From the NCBI GenBank assembly GCA_964428845.1, contig CAYRZH010000005.1, positions 1,647 to 65,646 of the forward strand: 64,000 bases of DNA, written 5' to 3'. Shown here piece by piece: positions 1 through 9,844 of this stretch (position 1 is the first letter of the stretch; every line of letters begins with the position of its first letter). The notes beneath the pieces were generated by a model. It was not told where the DNA came from. It saw only the letters and a list, made by a program, of their open reading frames with translations, and did not search any database. A program made the position numbers and the translations under genes. This stretch comes from an uncultured Candidatus Saccharibacteria bacterium. GTDB taxonomy: Bacteria > Patescibacteriota > Minisyncoccia > Phycocordibacterales > DATGWK01.

Positions 1-993
1 TTGATATATGAAATCCTCAAACATGCCAGAGAGAAACTTTCCTGGGACAGAAAAATTTACTTGGCTGGGAATATAAAGGGGGTGGCAACTTTGCCTTTTC
101 TTTCTAAAATACAATCTGGCGATATGGTTGTTGCCGAGCTTTCGAGTTGGCAACTGCAGGGTTTTGGTGAAAGCAAAACATCCCCGCATATAGCTGTCTT
201 CACAAATTTCCTCGATGATCACCTGAACTATTATAAAGACGACAGAAAAAAATATTTTAAAGACAAATCATACATATACAAATATCAGAAAAAAGGAGAT
301 TTTTTAGTTGTTTCTGAACAAGCCCTCAAGTACATTCGGGGTACAAAAGATAGACCGACGGGCAAAATTGTCGCTCCCAAGACTCTACCCGCTTCCTTTA
401 AGACGGGCTTGAGTGGTAACCACAATAGAATCAACGTATCGCTTGCTGTCGAGGTAGCAAAAATTTTAGGAGTAGAGGAAAAGATTGTAAGGGAAGCGGT
501 TCGGGACTTTAGAGGTGTGCCCGGAAGGCAAGAGCTTGTCTTAAAAGCCCATGGGATCGAAATCTACAACGATACTACTTCTACAACGCCGGACTCTATC
601 GCAGTTGCTCTCGAATCTTTCGGTAAAAAAAGAAATGTAGTGCTCATAATGGGCGGAACAGACAAAGGTCTCGATGTAAAAGAAATTTTTGATAACATAA
701 ATAAATATTGTAAAACAGTCGTACTTCTTCCTGGGACAGGAACAGAAAAGTTTAAAAAACAAATAAATAAGATTAAAAATAAATCTCTCCCTATCATCGA
801 AACAAAAAATCTGAAGGAGGCGATAAGGGAGGCGCTGAAAGGAGCTAAACGTGGTGATCGTATCATTTTTAGTCCAGGGTTCACCTCTTTTGGCATGTTC
901 AAAAACGAGTACGATAGAGGCGAGAAGTTCGACCGGGAATTGGCGAAAGTTAAAAAGGATTTACCAAAAATATTGGGCAAAGGTCAGCTTTAA
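1..993 (+). CDS. murD: UDP-N-acetylmuramoyl-L-alanine--D-glutamate ligase (5' partial)
   Basis: Mur ligase motifs ELSSWQL, TNFLDDHLNYY, YNDTTSTTP, IMGGTDKG, FSPGFTSFGMFKNEYDRG; the N-terminus lies outside the window. Confidence 0.93.
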   Translation: MIYEILKHAREKLSWDRKIYLAGNIKGVATLPFLSKIQSGDMVVAELSSWQLQGFGESKTSPHIAVFTNFLDDHLNYYKDDRKKYFKDKSYIYKYQKKGDFLVVSEQALKYIRGTKDRPTGKIVAPKTLPASFKTGLSGNHNRINVSLAVEVAKILGVEEKIVREAVRDFRGVPGRQELVLKAHGIEIYNDTTSTTPDSIAVALESFGKKRNVVLIMGGTDKGLDVKEIFDNINKYCKTVVLLPGTGTEKFKKQINKIKNKSLPIIETKNLKEAIREALKGAKRGDRIIFSPGFTSFGMFKNEYDRGEKFDRELAKVKKDLPKILGKGQL

Positions 994-1008
994 CATATAC
1001 TTAAGAGA

Positions 1009-2304
1009 ATGGCTCAAATCTACCTCAAAAAGCTTAAAAAGGCCCATTTTATAGGTATTGGGGGCATTGGCATGTCTGCCGTGGCTCGTATGTTCCTGCT
1101 ACAGGGCAAAAGTGTCTCGGGTTCTGATCTGTCGGATTCCCCAATAATAGAAGAGCTTTCGGGGCTTGGAGCAAAAATAAAGATAGGGGAGGGAAAGAAG
1201 AATTTACCAGAAGACACCCAGTTGGTTGTGTACACCGTTGCCATCCCTCCAAAGAACCCAGAGTTAAAAAAATCCCTGGAGAAAAAAATCCCAACGCTAT
1301 CATACCCACAAGTACTCGGTCTCATTTCGAAGGAAAAATTTACTATTGCTGTTAGTGGGACTCATGGCAAGACAACGACTACGGCAATGATCGCGACTGC
1401 AATGATCGATGCTGGTCTTGATCCGACGGTCGTGGTCGGGAGCTTGCTTAAAGACCAAAAAAGCAACTTTATCGCTGGCAAAAGTGGCTATTTTGTCGTT
1501 GAGGCCTGTGAATACAAGAGATCATTTCTAGAACTTAGCCCAAGCATCCTCGTGATCACTAATATCGATGATGACCACCTGGATTATTACGGCAACATTG
1601 CTGGGGTACAAAAAGGTTTCAAAGAGCTGGCTGAAAAACTCAAAGAAAACGATTTTTTGGTTTGTAACCCCAGAGATCCAAATGTAAGACCGATCCTGCG
1701 GGATCTTTCCTGTGCTATTTTTGACTACACTTCAACGAAAAAAAATTTTGAATTAAAGATTCCCGGGAAGCATAACGTGGAAAATGCACAAGCCGCATTG
1801 AATACTTTGAGAATTCTTGGTGTGCCAGAAAAACAAGCCATCGCATCACTTGAGCGCTTCAGTGGTACGTGGAGGAGATTTGAATACAAGGGGAAAACGA
1901 CTGGGGAAGCAGTAGTCTATGACGACTATGCGCATCACCCGACGGAGATAAAAGCAACTCTCGCCGGGGCCCGAGAGCTTTTCCCAAAGAAAAATATTGT
2001 TGTTGTCTTTCAGCCACATCTTTATAGTAGAACAAAAGAACATCGAGATGAGTTTGCTCCAGCTTTTAAGCAAGCCGACTCGGTGATTTTTGCTCCGATT
2101 TATGCTGCCCGCGAGCCTATGGATAAAAGTATTTCGTCAGAGATTCTTGCGAAGGCAATGCGTAAGTCGAAGGGAAAGGCGGTGGCACTTCAAGATTTTG
2201 AGACAATTATCAAGTTCCTCAAAGGGTCTCTAAAATCCGGAGACATCCTTATAACTATGGGTGCCGGAGATATAAATAAAGTAGCTGAAGCCATGGTACA
2301 ATAA
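1009..2304 (+). CDS. murC: UDP-N-acetylmuramate--L-alanine ligase
   Basis: HFIGIGGIGMS, SGTHGKTTTT, VEACEY, DDYAHHPTEI, FQPHLYSRT, MGAGDI. Confidence 0.97.
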   Translation: MAQIYLKKLKKAHFIGIGGIGMSAVARMFLLQGKSVSGSDLSDSPIIEELSGLGAKIKIGEGKKNLPEDTQLVVYTVAIPPKNPELKKSLEKKIPTLSYPQVLGLISKEKFTIAVSGTHGKTTTTAMIATAMIDAGLDPTVVVGSLLKDQKSNFIAGKSGYFVVEACEYKRSFLELSPSILVITNIDDDHLDYYGNIAGVQKGFKELAEKLKENDFLVCNPRDPNVRPILRDLSCAIFDYTSTKKNFELKIPGKHNVENAQAALNTLRILGVPEKQAIASLERFSGTWRRFEYKGKTTGEAVVYDDYAHHPTEIKATLAGARELFPKKNIVVVFQPHLYSRTKEHRDEFAPAFKQADSVIFAPIYAAREPMDKSISSEILAKAMRKSKGKAVALQDFETIIKFLKGSLKSGDILITMGAGDINKVAEAMVQ

Positions 2305-2329
2305 TTTCTCTAATATCCTAGCGAATCTA

Positions 2330-2917
2330 ATGGATCCGGCCGCATTACAATACTTTGAGAGCTTGTCCTATTTTGGGATTTTTTTTGCTATTGCTTTAAG
2401 CGGCCATGTCATTCCTATGCCGGAAGAGGTGATACTACTGATCGTCGGTTTTATCGCTGCAAGCGGGATTGTCAAACTCCCTCTGGCCATACTGGTTTCT
2501 GTCATTGGTATTCTCGTCGCTGATATTGGCTTCTATTTTCTAAGTGCCGAGGGGGCAAAGCTCGCAGTTCATTTTAAAAGTAAAATAAAAACAGATATTT
2601 TTGATTGGTATGCAAGCCATATGAAGGAGCGTACGTTTCTTGTGATGTTCTTATCACGTTTTGTGCCAGTCCTACGAGTTGTAAGCCCACTTGTCGCTGG
2701 GGCGGTGAGGATAAATCCTCCAAGATTTATTTTATTTAGCTTCCTCTCGGCTCTGGTATATGTTCCAATCATTGTACTCATAGGGTTCTTTTTCCAATCA
2801 AAAATCACGCCACTTATAAGTGCCGCACAGACGACTCGCCATTTTCTTTTTCTCGGACTTCTTGTCGTAACTGGAGTTGCGGTCGCATTGGTAGCAAAGA
2901 AAAAGTTTTTTACTTGA
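2330..2917 (+). CDS. DedA family membrane protein
   Basis: PMPEEVILLIVGF and SRFVPVLR DedA motifs; several hydrophobic helices. Confidence 0.88.
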   Translation: MDPAALQYFESLSYFGIFFAIALSGHVIPMPEEVILLIVGFIAASGIVKLPLAILVSVIGILVADIGFYFLSAEGAKLAVHFKSKIKTDIFDWYASHMKERTFLVMFLSRFVPVLRVVSPLVAGAVRINPPRFILFSFLSALVYVPIIVLIGFFFQSKITPLISAAQTTRHFLFLGLLVVTGVAVALVAKKKFFT

Positions 2918-2939
2918 TTTGCTATGGTATACTCTTGCC

Positions 2940-3176
2940 ATGATCACGAAAAATAGACTCATCCTCATCCTTGGTATCTGGATTGCTCTGATTCCTTTCC
3001 TCGGTTTTCCAAGTTCGTATAAGTCTTTTTTTGTTGTGGCTTCTGGTATCGCTGTGGCGGTTGTGTCGTTTCTGCATGCTCGTGACAGGTACCGCGCACA
3101 GATGCTTTCTTCAGGACAAGATGACAAGAAGGAAATTTTATCAGAAACATTTACAGAAAATAGTTTAAAATCTTAA
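2940..3176 (+). CDS. Small two-TM membrane protein
   Basis: Two hydrophobic segments around PFLGFP; ATG 2940 lies 6 nt after TGGTATACT (likely leaderless). Confidence 0.7.
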   Translation: MITKNRLILILGIWIALIPFLGFPSSYKSFFVVASGIAVAVVSFLHARDRYRAQMLSSGQDDKKEILSETFTENSLKS

Positions 3177-3199
3177 GTTCCTTCTCTAATCCGAAGATA

Positions 3200-4468
3200 A
3201 TGTCACGGCGGCCTTCCACCTACAAATACGCGACAGCAGGAATTTTTTGTATTGGGACGTTATCATTCCTCTATTTTTTTGTGCCGGTAGCTTTTCCTTC
3301 AGAATATTATTTGGCGAGCGGGATCAAACAACTAAAAATTTCCAAAAACGAATCTAGTCCACAAACACGCCAAGAGCCAGTTTTTGTTGTCACACATCTG
3401 AAGACTCCAGTGCCGCTCAAAGCGATCTACATGACTCAATGTGTAGCTGGCCTGAAGAGTTTTAGAAATGATCTAGCGAAGATTGCTGAAACTACAGAAA
3501 TAAATTCTATAGTTATCGATATCAAGGACTACAGTGGCCGTATTTCTTTTCCAACAGAAAATCCAATGCTTAAGCCTGCTGTGGCAGAAAACTGTCGAGC
3601 CACTGACATGAAAGAATTTATCGGGTCTCTTCATGATAAAAACATCTATGTGATTGGACGAATAACTGTTTTTCAAGATCCCTTTATGACCGCGGCACAC
3701 CCAGAGCGGGCAGTGCATAAGCTATCGGATGGAGGAGTTTGGAAGGATTTTAAGGGTTTGAGTTTTATTGATGTTGGTTCAAAAGAGCATTGGGATTACA
3801 TTGTCGAACTTTCTAAGGAGTCGTACGCAGTTGGTTTTGATGAGCTTAATTTTGATTACATACGTTATCCGTCTGATGGAAATATGAAGGATACTGCCTT
3901 CATGCTCCCGACCGGGAAGACAAAACCACAAATGCTCAAAGAATTTTTTGCATATTTGGAAAGTAAAATCCGCCCTACTGGTGCAGTACTTTCGGCCGAT
4001 CTTTTCGGAATGACAACCACGAACTCGGATGACTTAAATATCGGACAAATTCTTGAACATGCTTTGGAACATTTCGACTACGTAGCACCAATGGTATATC
4101 CATCGCATTATCCACCGACTTTCAATGGTTATGGTGATCCCAACAAATATCCATATGAAGTGGTGAAATATTCTATGGATAAGGCGGTTGAAAAGGCCCA
4201 GGCTTTTGACTTATCACGTTCGCAGATGGCCACGGCAGCAGCAGTAAATAACCAAAACCTAAATCCAATCACCACAGCGGACGCCTCTTTAGGAAATTCG
4301 GCAAAGAAACTACGCCCCTGGCTTCAAGATTTCGACTATGGTGGTAACTATGACATTGCTGAAGTGCGAGCGCAGATAAAGGCGACATATGACGCGGGAC
4401 TCGACTCGTGGATGCTATGGAGCCCGAGCAATAGGTATACTCTGGGGGCATTAGAGAGAGAAATTTAA
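3200..4468 (+). CDS. Membrane-anchored putative glycoside hydrolase (DUF4015-like TIM barrel)
   Basis: N-terminal TM; VIDIKD, GRITVFQD, GFDELNFDYIRYP, PMVYPSHY, RPWLQDF. Confidence 0.82.
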   Translation: MSRRPSTYKYATAGIFCIGTLSFLYFFVPVAFPSEYYLASGIKQLKISKNESSPQTRQEPVFVVTHLKTPVPLKAIYMTQCVAGLKSFRNDLAKIAETTEINSIVIDIKDYSGRISFPTENPMLKPAVAENCRATDMKEFIGSLHDKNIYVIGRITVFQDPFMTAAHPERAVHKLSDGGVWKDFKGLSFIDVGSKEHWDYIVELSKESYAVGFDELNFDYIRYPSDGNMKDTAFMLPTGKTKPQMLKEFFAYLESKIRPTGAVLSADLFGMTTTNSDDLNIGQILEHALEHFDYVAPMVYPSHYPPTFNGYGDPNKYPYEVVKYSMDKAVEKAQAFDLSRSQMATAAAVNNQNLNPITTADASLGNSAKKLRPWLQDFDYGGNYDIAEVRAQIKATYDAGLDSWMLWSPSNRYTLGALEREI

Positions 4469-4482
4469 ATTTGCGCTTGGTC

Positions 4483-4511
4483 TTGACACATACCAATGAT
4501 GAGTGTAGAAT
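4483..4511 (+). promoter_or_regulatory. Sigma70-type promoter of the DGR-target-like unit
   Basis: TTGACA (4483-4488), 17 nt spacer, TAGAAT (4506-4511). Confidence 0.8.
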
Positions 4512-4550
4512 GCGGCGAGTATACAAAGCAGTTCTTTGGCGTAACCTTGT

Positions 4551-4618
4551 TGGTGGTCATAGCCAAAAGATGCTGATAAAAACTTTAATAGTTCGGCATT
4601 TTCTGGCTATGACTACCA
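4551..4618 (+). promoter_or_regulatory. Long 5' leader hairpin (26-bp stem)
   Basis: TGGTGGTCATAGCCAAAAGATGCTGA (4551-4576) pairs with TCGGCATTTTCTGGCTATGACTACCA (4593-4618), with 3 G-U pairs and 1 mismatch. Confidence 0.75.
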
Positions 4619-4679
4619 GTGTGGTATGTCCTCTGGCAAAATCAAAACTGGCGAAAGCCTTGAGAAAGGGAAAAGCGCC

Positions 4680-5291
4680 ATGCACAAGCAAACTGCAGAG
4701 TTGATTGGCCGGATCGCCCAGAATCTTCCGGACATGGATGGAGACATCATGCAGGGCTGGATCAACAACCCCCGTGGTCTCCAGGGGGCTCTTAGATTGG
4801 CCCTCTGCCAACCAAAAGCCGGATCTGTTCCGAAGGAGGAAACTCCTCTCGACACCATCATCCGTGTCGATCGCACCATCCGTCCTGCCTACCCAAGCTG
4901 GGCAACGGAGGTGATGCACCCCGAACTGGAGACTGTTGGGCCTGCCGAGTACGACCTTGCCAAACGAATCAATCTCTGGTTCCACAACGCCCAGATAGTC
5001 GAAGGGCGATCGATGGGCACTGTCATCTACGGATTTCTGAAGGCAACCGATGGTCTGAAAACATGTCTCGGCCTTCACGGCGCAGTGGAGATTCAGCAGA
5101 AGGGCATCGTCGTTTTCCGAAAACTCTTCGGAGGTAGGGCAGTGTTCTGCTGGAAGTCGGTCGTTCGCGACCGCGATGGCAGCCTCCTCGTTCCGTACGT
5201 CTATGACGACGGTGTCAGTGTTGTGGTGCGCTGGCGCTGGCTCGGCCATGACTGGGTCTCCGACGGCCCTGCGGCTCGCTTCGTAAGTTGA
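4680..5291 (+). CDS. Hypothetical protein with DGR variable-repeat-like (CLec-like) C-terminus
   Basis: Start at ATG 4680 after GAAAGGG SD; C-terminus RDRDGSLLVPYVYDDGVSVVVRWRWLGHDWVSDGPAARF; strong NNY codon bias in the last ~40 codons; GC-rich relative to flanks. Confidence 0.7.
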   Translation: MHKQTAELIGRIAQNLPDMDGDIMQGWINNPRGLQGALRLALCQPKAGSVPKEETPLDTIIRVDRTIRPAYPSWATEVMHPELETVGPAEYDLAKRINLWFHNAQIVEGRSMGTVIYGFLKATDGLKTCLGLHGAVEIQQKGIVVFRKLFGGRAVFCWKSVVRDRDGSLLVPYVYDDGVSVVVRWRWLGHDWVSDGPAARFVS

Positions 5292-5391
5292 CACTTGGGA
5301 CTTAGTCCCTCGGGTCTTCTGGACCTCTTGATCTTTGTCCTTTGTATCGCGGCCATTTGCCGCAACGTACTCCAAAACGGTAACAATGGAA

Positions 5392-5421
5392 GCCTCGGGC
5401 AACAATGCTCGGGGTTTTTTT
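5392..5421 (+). terminator. Intrinsic terminator
   Basis: GCCTCGGGCA-acaa-TGCTCGGGGT hairpin followed by a T tract. Confidence 0.8.
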
Positions 5422-5490
5422 GTGAGCTGCCTGTCCACCGCTTTTTTTGTCTCAATTTTCCTGGTATAATTTCGCCAAAGCACATTTTCT

Positions 5491-7419
5491 ATGGACAACG
5501 ATCGCATCACATATTTCGCAGAGACCGACTCGCGCAATAAGCGAGTAGCATTTGGTATAAAATCAAAAGACCGATCTCGCCACGTCTACGTCATAGGTAA
5601 GACAGGTATGGGTAAATCCACCCTTCTTGAGAATATGGCTGTCCAAGACATCCAAAATGGGGAAGGCATGGCTTTCATAGATCCACACGGCAAGACTGCC
5701 GAGCTCCTACTTGAATACGTACCACAAGATCGCATGAAAGATGTGGTATATTTCGCGCCTTTTGACACCGAATACCCGATTTCCTTCAACGTCATGGAGG
5801 ATGTTGGTCCCAACAAACGCCATTTGGTTGCAAACGGTCTCATGAGTGCATTCAAAAAGATTTGGGTCGATGCTTGGTCGGCCCGCATGGAGTACATTTT
5901 GAATAATATTTTACTCGCTCTTCTCGAGTACCCAGATTCGACCCTGATCGGTGTAAATAGAATGCTAGCCGATAAAGACTATCGCAAGAAGGTCGTCGAC
6001 AATATCACCGATCCGTCGGTAAAAGCTTTTTGGACAGACGAGTTCGCAAAGTATGGCGATCGATATATGCAAGAAGCGGGAGCGGCAATTCAAAATAAAA
6101 TTGGGCAGTTTATCGCTAACCCTTTGGTGCGTAATATCATCGGCCAACCAAAATCGAGTTTCGATCTGCGAAAGATGATGGATGAAAACAAGATAATGAT
6201 CGTCAATCTCTCCAAGGGTCGCGTGGGCGAGGCCAACGCCAATCTCTTGGGTAGTATGCTCATCACAAAGATCTATCTGGCGGCCATGTCTCGTGCTGAT
6301 ACAAGTGAGAGTAAACTCAAGTCTCTTCCACAGTTCTATCTTTATGTCGACGAATTTCAGTCTTTTGCCAACGAATCTTTCGCCGACATTCTTTCGGAGG
6401 CTAGAAAATACAAGTTGAATCTAACCATGGCTCATCAATATATCGAGCAAATGTCGGAAGAAGTTCGAGCGGCAGTGTTTGGTAACGTCGGTACCATGAT
6501 CGTTTTCCGAGTGGGCGCTTACGACGCCGAAGTCCTCGAGAAGGAATTTGCCCCCACCTTTAGTGTAGAAGATCTGGTCAATCTGGGGTTTGTACAGATA
6601 TATCTTAAACTTATGATCGACGGCGTGACGTCTCCACCTTTTTCGGCAACCACACTGCCGCCGATCGATAAACCAGACATTTCATTCAGAGACGATATCA
6701 TAGAAAACTCAAGAAAAACCTTTGCTTCTCCAAGGAGTGAAGTGGAAGAGCAAATCAAAAAATGGCACGAGCCAGTAACTTCTATACGAAGAGATGATAG
6801 ACCAAGGCCGCCGCAAGGGACTGTAGAGTTTTCGCCGCGTCCGCAAACCCAAGCGCCGTCGTCTATGCCATCCCAACTGCCTCAACAACCGTCCCAACCG
6901 CAACCTGTTTCGAAGGTGTCACAACCACCACAACCCTCACAACCACCGCCTGCACCGCAACCTCCGCAACAAACTCCGCCACCTCCAAGACCTCCAGAGC
7001 CGCCCAGATCTATCCAGCCCACTTCTCCTCAACGGCCCCTTCAACAATCACCGCAGCCGCCGAGACCGGATTCCCATCGAGATCAACTTCCGCATCAGGC
7101 TCGACCAGTTTCTCTAGACACGCTCAAAAAAGATAAAGGACCAAGTGGTAAAAATCTTTCAGAGTTGAAAAACGCCCTTAGGGATTTGGTAGAACAGACA
7201 AAACAGCACAGCGAAAAAAAGGATGAGGGGCAGGAAGGGAAACACAACAACAAACCTCAAGAAAAACCGGCGATAGGGAATGGAAATCATAAATCCCAAG
7301 TCAAAGATAATCCTAAGCCTTCAAAAGATTCACCGCCACAAAGTCACCCCCCTCAAAAAGAAAAACCTCGGGAAGTTCCAGAAGATGTACTCCGCAAAGT
7401 CATCAACGGATCAAAGTAA
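5491..7419 (+). CDS. TraG/VirD4/HerA-like P-loop ATPase with Pro/Gln-rich C-terminal tail
   Basis: Walker A IGKTGMGKST, IDPHG, Walker B LYVDEFQ, SEARKY, AHQY; low-complexity P/Q region after about residue 435. Confidence 0.85.
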   Translation: MDNDRITYFAETDSRNKRVAFGIKSKDRSRHVYVIGKTGMGKSTLLENMAVQDIQNGEGMAFIDPHGKTAELLLEYVPQDRMKDVVYFAPFDTEYPISFNVMEDVGPNKRHLVANGLMSAFKKIWVDAWSARMEYILNNILLALLEYPDSTLIGVNRMLADKDYRKKVVDNITDPSVKAFWTDEFAKYGDRYMQEAGAAIQNKIGQFIANPLVRNIIGQPKSSFDLRKMMDENKIMIVNLSKGRVGEANANLLGSMLITKIYLAAMSRADTSESKLKSLPQFYLYVDEFQSFANESFADILSEARKYKLNLTMAHQYIEQMSEEVRAAVFGNVGTMIVFRVGAYDAEVLEKEFAPTFSVEDLVNLGFVQIYLKLMIDGVTSPPFSATTLPPIDKPDISFRDDIIENSRKTFASPRSEVEEQIKKWHEPVTSIRRDDRPRPPQGTVEFSPRPQTQAPSSMPSQLPQQPSQPQPVSKVSQPPQPSQPPPAPQPPQQTPPPPRPPEPPRSIQPTSPQRPLQQSPQPPRPDSHRDQLPHQARPVSLDTLKKDKGPSGKNLSELKNALRDLVEQTKQHSEKKDEGQEGKHNNKPQEKPAIGNGNHKSQVKDNPKPSKDSPPQSHPPQKEKPREVPEDVLRKVINGSK

Positions 7420-7483
7420 AGTTAGCGGAAACTTTGTAACTCGTTTATACTCGATCTGATTGTAGTAGGATACCCGCACAGGC

Positions 7484-8677
7484 ATGAAAAAGAGAATTCT
7501 CATATTTTCCCTAGCATTTAAGCCATTTTTGGGTGGTGCTGAAATCGCTATAAAAGAGATTACCGATAGGATTTCGCCTACCGAATTGGAGTTTGACATG
7601 ATTACCCTTCGCTTCGATAGCAATCTGCCGAAGTTCGAGCGGGTAGGAAATATAAATGTGTATCGGATCGGTTTCTCAAAGAAATCTCCAACGATGACTG
7701 ATCTTGTGAAATTTCCGATGTATCTAAATAAAGTATTCTTTCCGGTCACCGCTTTTTTTAAAGCTCGGACTCTCGATCGAAAACAGAACTACAACGCGCT
7801 CTGGTGCATGATGTCTTATACAGGTTTTCCAGCTCTCTTCCTAAATTGGTTTGGGCGCCGAATTCCGATCATACTCACTCTACAAGAAGGTGATTCGATT
7901 TCTCATATTACCAAGCGTCTCCGGATTAGAATAGTCTTCCCACTTTATCGAGCCATTTTTAAAAAGGCTTCGGTGGTGCAAGCGATTTCAACATTTCTTG
8001 GAAGATTTGCCAGGGATATGGGGTTTCGTGGGCGTATCGAGATAATACCAAATGCGGTAGATACGAAACTCTTTTCAGAAAGAATCTCCGATAAAGACTT
8101 ATCGGACCTGAAGCAGAAAATGGATAAAAAAGACGGAGATGTTTTTCTCATCACCACATCTCGACTTGTGCCCAAGAACGCAGTTGGAGATGTGATCGAT
8201 TCTCTGAAACATCTCCCAGAAAACTATAAGTTTATTATTCTTGGTATCGGACCCCTTGAGAACTCACTAAAATCAAAAACTGATATGTTACATCTCAACC
8301 ACAGAGTGAGGTTTCTTGGTGAAGTCGAACATAAAATAATCCCCACATATCTTCAAGTATCAGACATCTTTATCCGCCCCTCACTCTCTGAAGGTATGGG
8401 GAATTCTTTCATAGAAGCTATGGCGGCTGGCATCCCAGTGGTGGGTACTGCTGTCGGTGGTATCACAGATTTTCTAAAAGACCGGTCGACTGGGGTTGTC
8501 TGTAAAGTAGGTGATTCTGTGGATATTGCCCAGAAGATAAAACTGCTTGTCGAGAACTCTTCTCTTCGAGAAAAAGTTATAAAAGAAGCCCGAGCTCTCG
8601 CCTTTGAAAAATACGACTGGAATCTCATCTCTAAAGAAATGAAAGAGAGGGTTTTTCAAAAGGCATTTTTTTGCTAA
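7484..8677 (+). CDS. Glycosyltransferase family 4
   Basis: GGAE, IIPNAVD, SRLVPKN, EGMGNSFIEAMAAGIPVV (EX7E). Confidence 0.92.
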   Translation: MKKRILIFSLAFKPFLGGAEIAIKEITDRISPTELEFDMITLRFDSNLPKFERVGNINVYRIGFSKKSPTMTDLVKFPMYLNKVFFPVTAFFKARTLDRKQNYNALWCMMSYTGFPALFLNWFGRRIPIILTLQEGDSISHITKRLRIRIVFPLYRAIFKKASVVQAISTFLGRFARDMGFRGRIEIIPNAVDTKLFSERISDKDLSDLKQKMDKKDGDVFLITTSRLVPKNAVGDVIDSLKHLPENYKFIILGIGPLENSLKSKTDMLHLNHRVRFLGEVEHKIIPTYLQVSDIFIRPSLSEGMGNSFIEAMAAGIPVVGTAVGGITDFLKDRSTGVVCKVGDSVDIAQKIKLLVENSSLREKVIKEARALAFEKYDWNLISKEMKERVFQKAFFC

Positions 8678-8695
8678 ATTTAAGGTTATATTCAC

Positions 8696-9844
8696 ATGAA
8701 AGTCTTAATCTGCACGGGGATATTTCCACCCGAAATCGGTGGGCCGGCTACCTACGCCGGCCTTTTGGCGCAAGAGCTACCGAAACGTGGTTTTAGTGTC
8801 GAAATCTTCCCATTTCGGGAGGTTCGCGGTTACCCGCGGGGTATAAGGCATTTGATGTATTTCTTTGGGGTTTTTAGGCGAGGTTTTTTTGCCGATGTTA
8901 TTTTTACTCAAGATCCGGTTAGTACGGGTGTGCCAGTGGTTTGTGCCGCTTTCTTGATACGTAAAAGAGTCGTGTTGCGTGTGGCTGGAGACTATGCCTG
9001 GGAACAGGCACGCCAGCACTTTGCCGTTACTGATTCTATCGATGAATTTCAAAACAAGAAATATTCTTTTTTTGTAGAGCTTTTAAGAAAGTTGCAGACT
9101 TTTTCTGTGCGTTATTCTCATAGAGTAATAACTCCGAGCAATTATTTCAACAAGGTTGTCAGTAGTTGGCTTTGGGGCGGAGTAGAAGATATCGCGCGTA
9201 AAAATATCAGGGACAAAAATATCACCACAATTTACAACGGTATTGATATTCATGAAAACTTCAAGAAAGAATCAAAATTTTCTCAAAAAACGATTATAAG
9301 TGCCGGTAGACTGGTACCATGGAAAGGATTCGACGTGCTTATCGAAGCTTTGAGTAAAATGCCAGACTGGCAGCTCCTCATCGCCGGTGAGGGTCCTGAC
9401 AAGGGTAGACTTGTGGAAATTGTGTCGAAGCACAAGCTCGAGGATAGGGTAAATTTTTTGGGGAAGCTCGACCGCGCAGATTTGTTTTCTAAAATATATC
9501 GATCACATGTGTTTGCTCTGCTGTCTACTTTTGAGAGCTTTTCGTTTCAGGTTGTCGAAGCTATGTTTGTGGGGACTCCTGTTATCGCCGCCAAGATCGG
9601 CAATCTAGGGGAGATAATCGAAAACGAGGTGAATGGAATTCTTCTCGAGCCAAGAGATATCGATAGCTTCATAAGATACTCTAAAAAAATTGTTGAGGAT
9701 GATTCGTACAGAGGGAAAATTATTAATGCTGCATCTATACGCGCGGCCGACTTCTCCATCGACAAAACTATAGATCAACTTTCCAAAGTGCTACAAGAAA
9801 GCGGTAGGAGAAAAGATGGGAAAAGTATAGAGAAATCAAAATGA
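8696..9844 (+). CDS. Glycosyltransferase family 4
   Basis: FPPEIGGPATY, AGRLVPWKG, ESFSFQVVEAM. Confidence 0.92.
   Translation: MKVLICTGIFPPEIGGPATYAGLLAQELPKRGFSVEIFPFREVRGYPRGIRHLMYFFGVFRRGFFADVIFTQDPVSTGVPVVCAAFLIRKRVVLRVAGDYAWEQARQHFAVTDSIDEFQNKKYSFFVELLRKLQTFSVRYSHRVITPSNYFNKVVSSWLWGGVEDIARKNIRDKNITTIYNGIDIHENFKKESKFSQKTIISAGRLVPWKGFDVLIEALSKMPDWQLLIAGEGPDKGRLVEIVSKHKLEDRVNFLGKLDRADLFSKIYRSHVFALLSTFESFSFQVVEAMFVGTPVIAAKIGNLGEIIENEVNGILLEPRDIDSFIRYSKKIVEDDSYRGKIINAASIRAADFSIDKTIDQLSKVLQESGRRKDGKSIEKSK

Noticed and set aside
4635-4664. GGCAAAA...GGC-GAAA-GCC resembling a c-di-GMP-I riboswitch
   Set aside because: Only a 3-bp GNRA hairpin; the GACGCAAA element and second stem are missing.
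4557-5537. 326-aa minus-strand ORF over the DGR-like gene
   Set aside because: Antisense shadow of a GC-rich, NNY-biased gene; promoter, SD and terminator all support the + strand.
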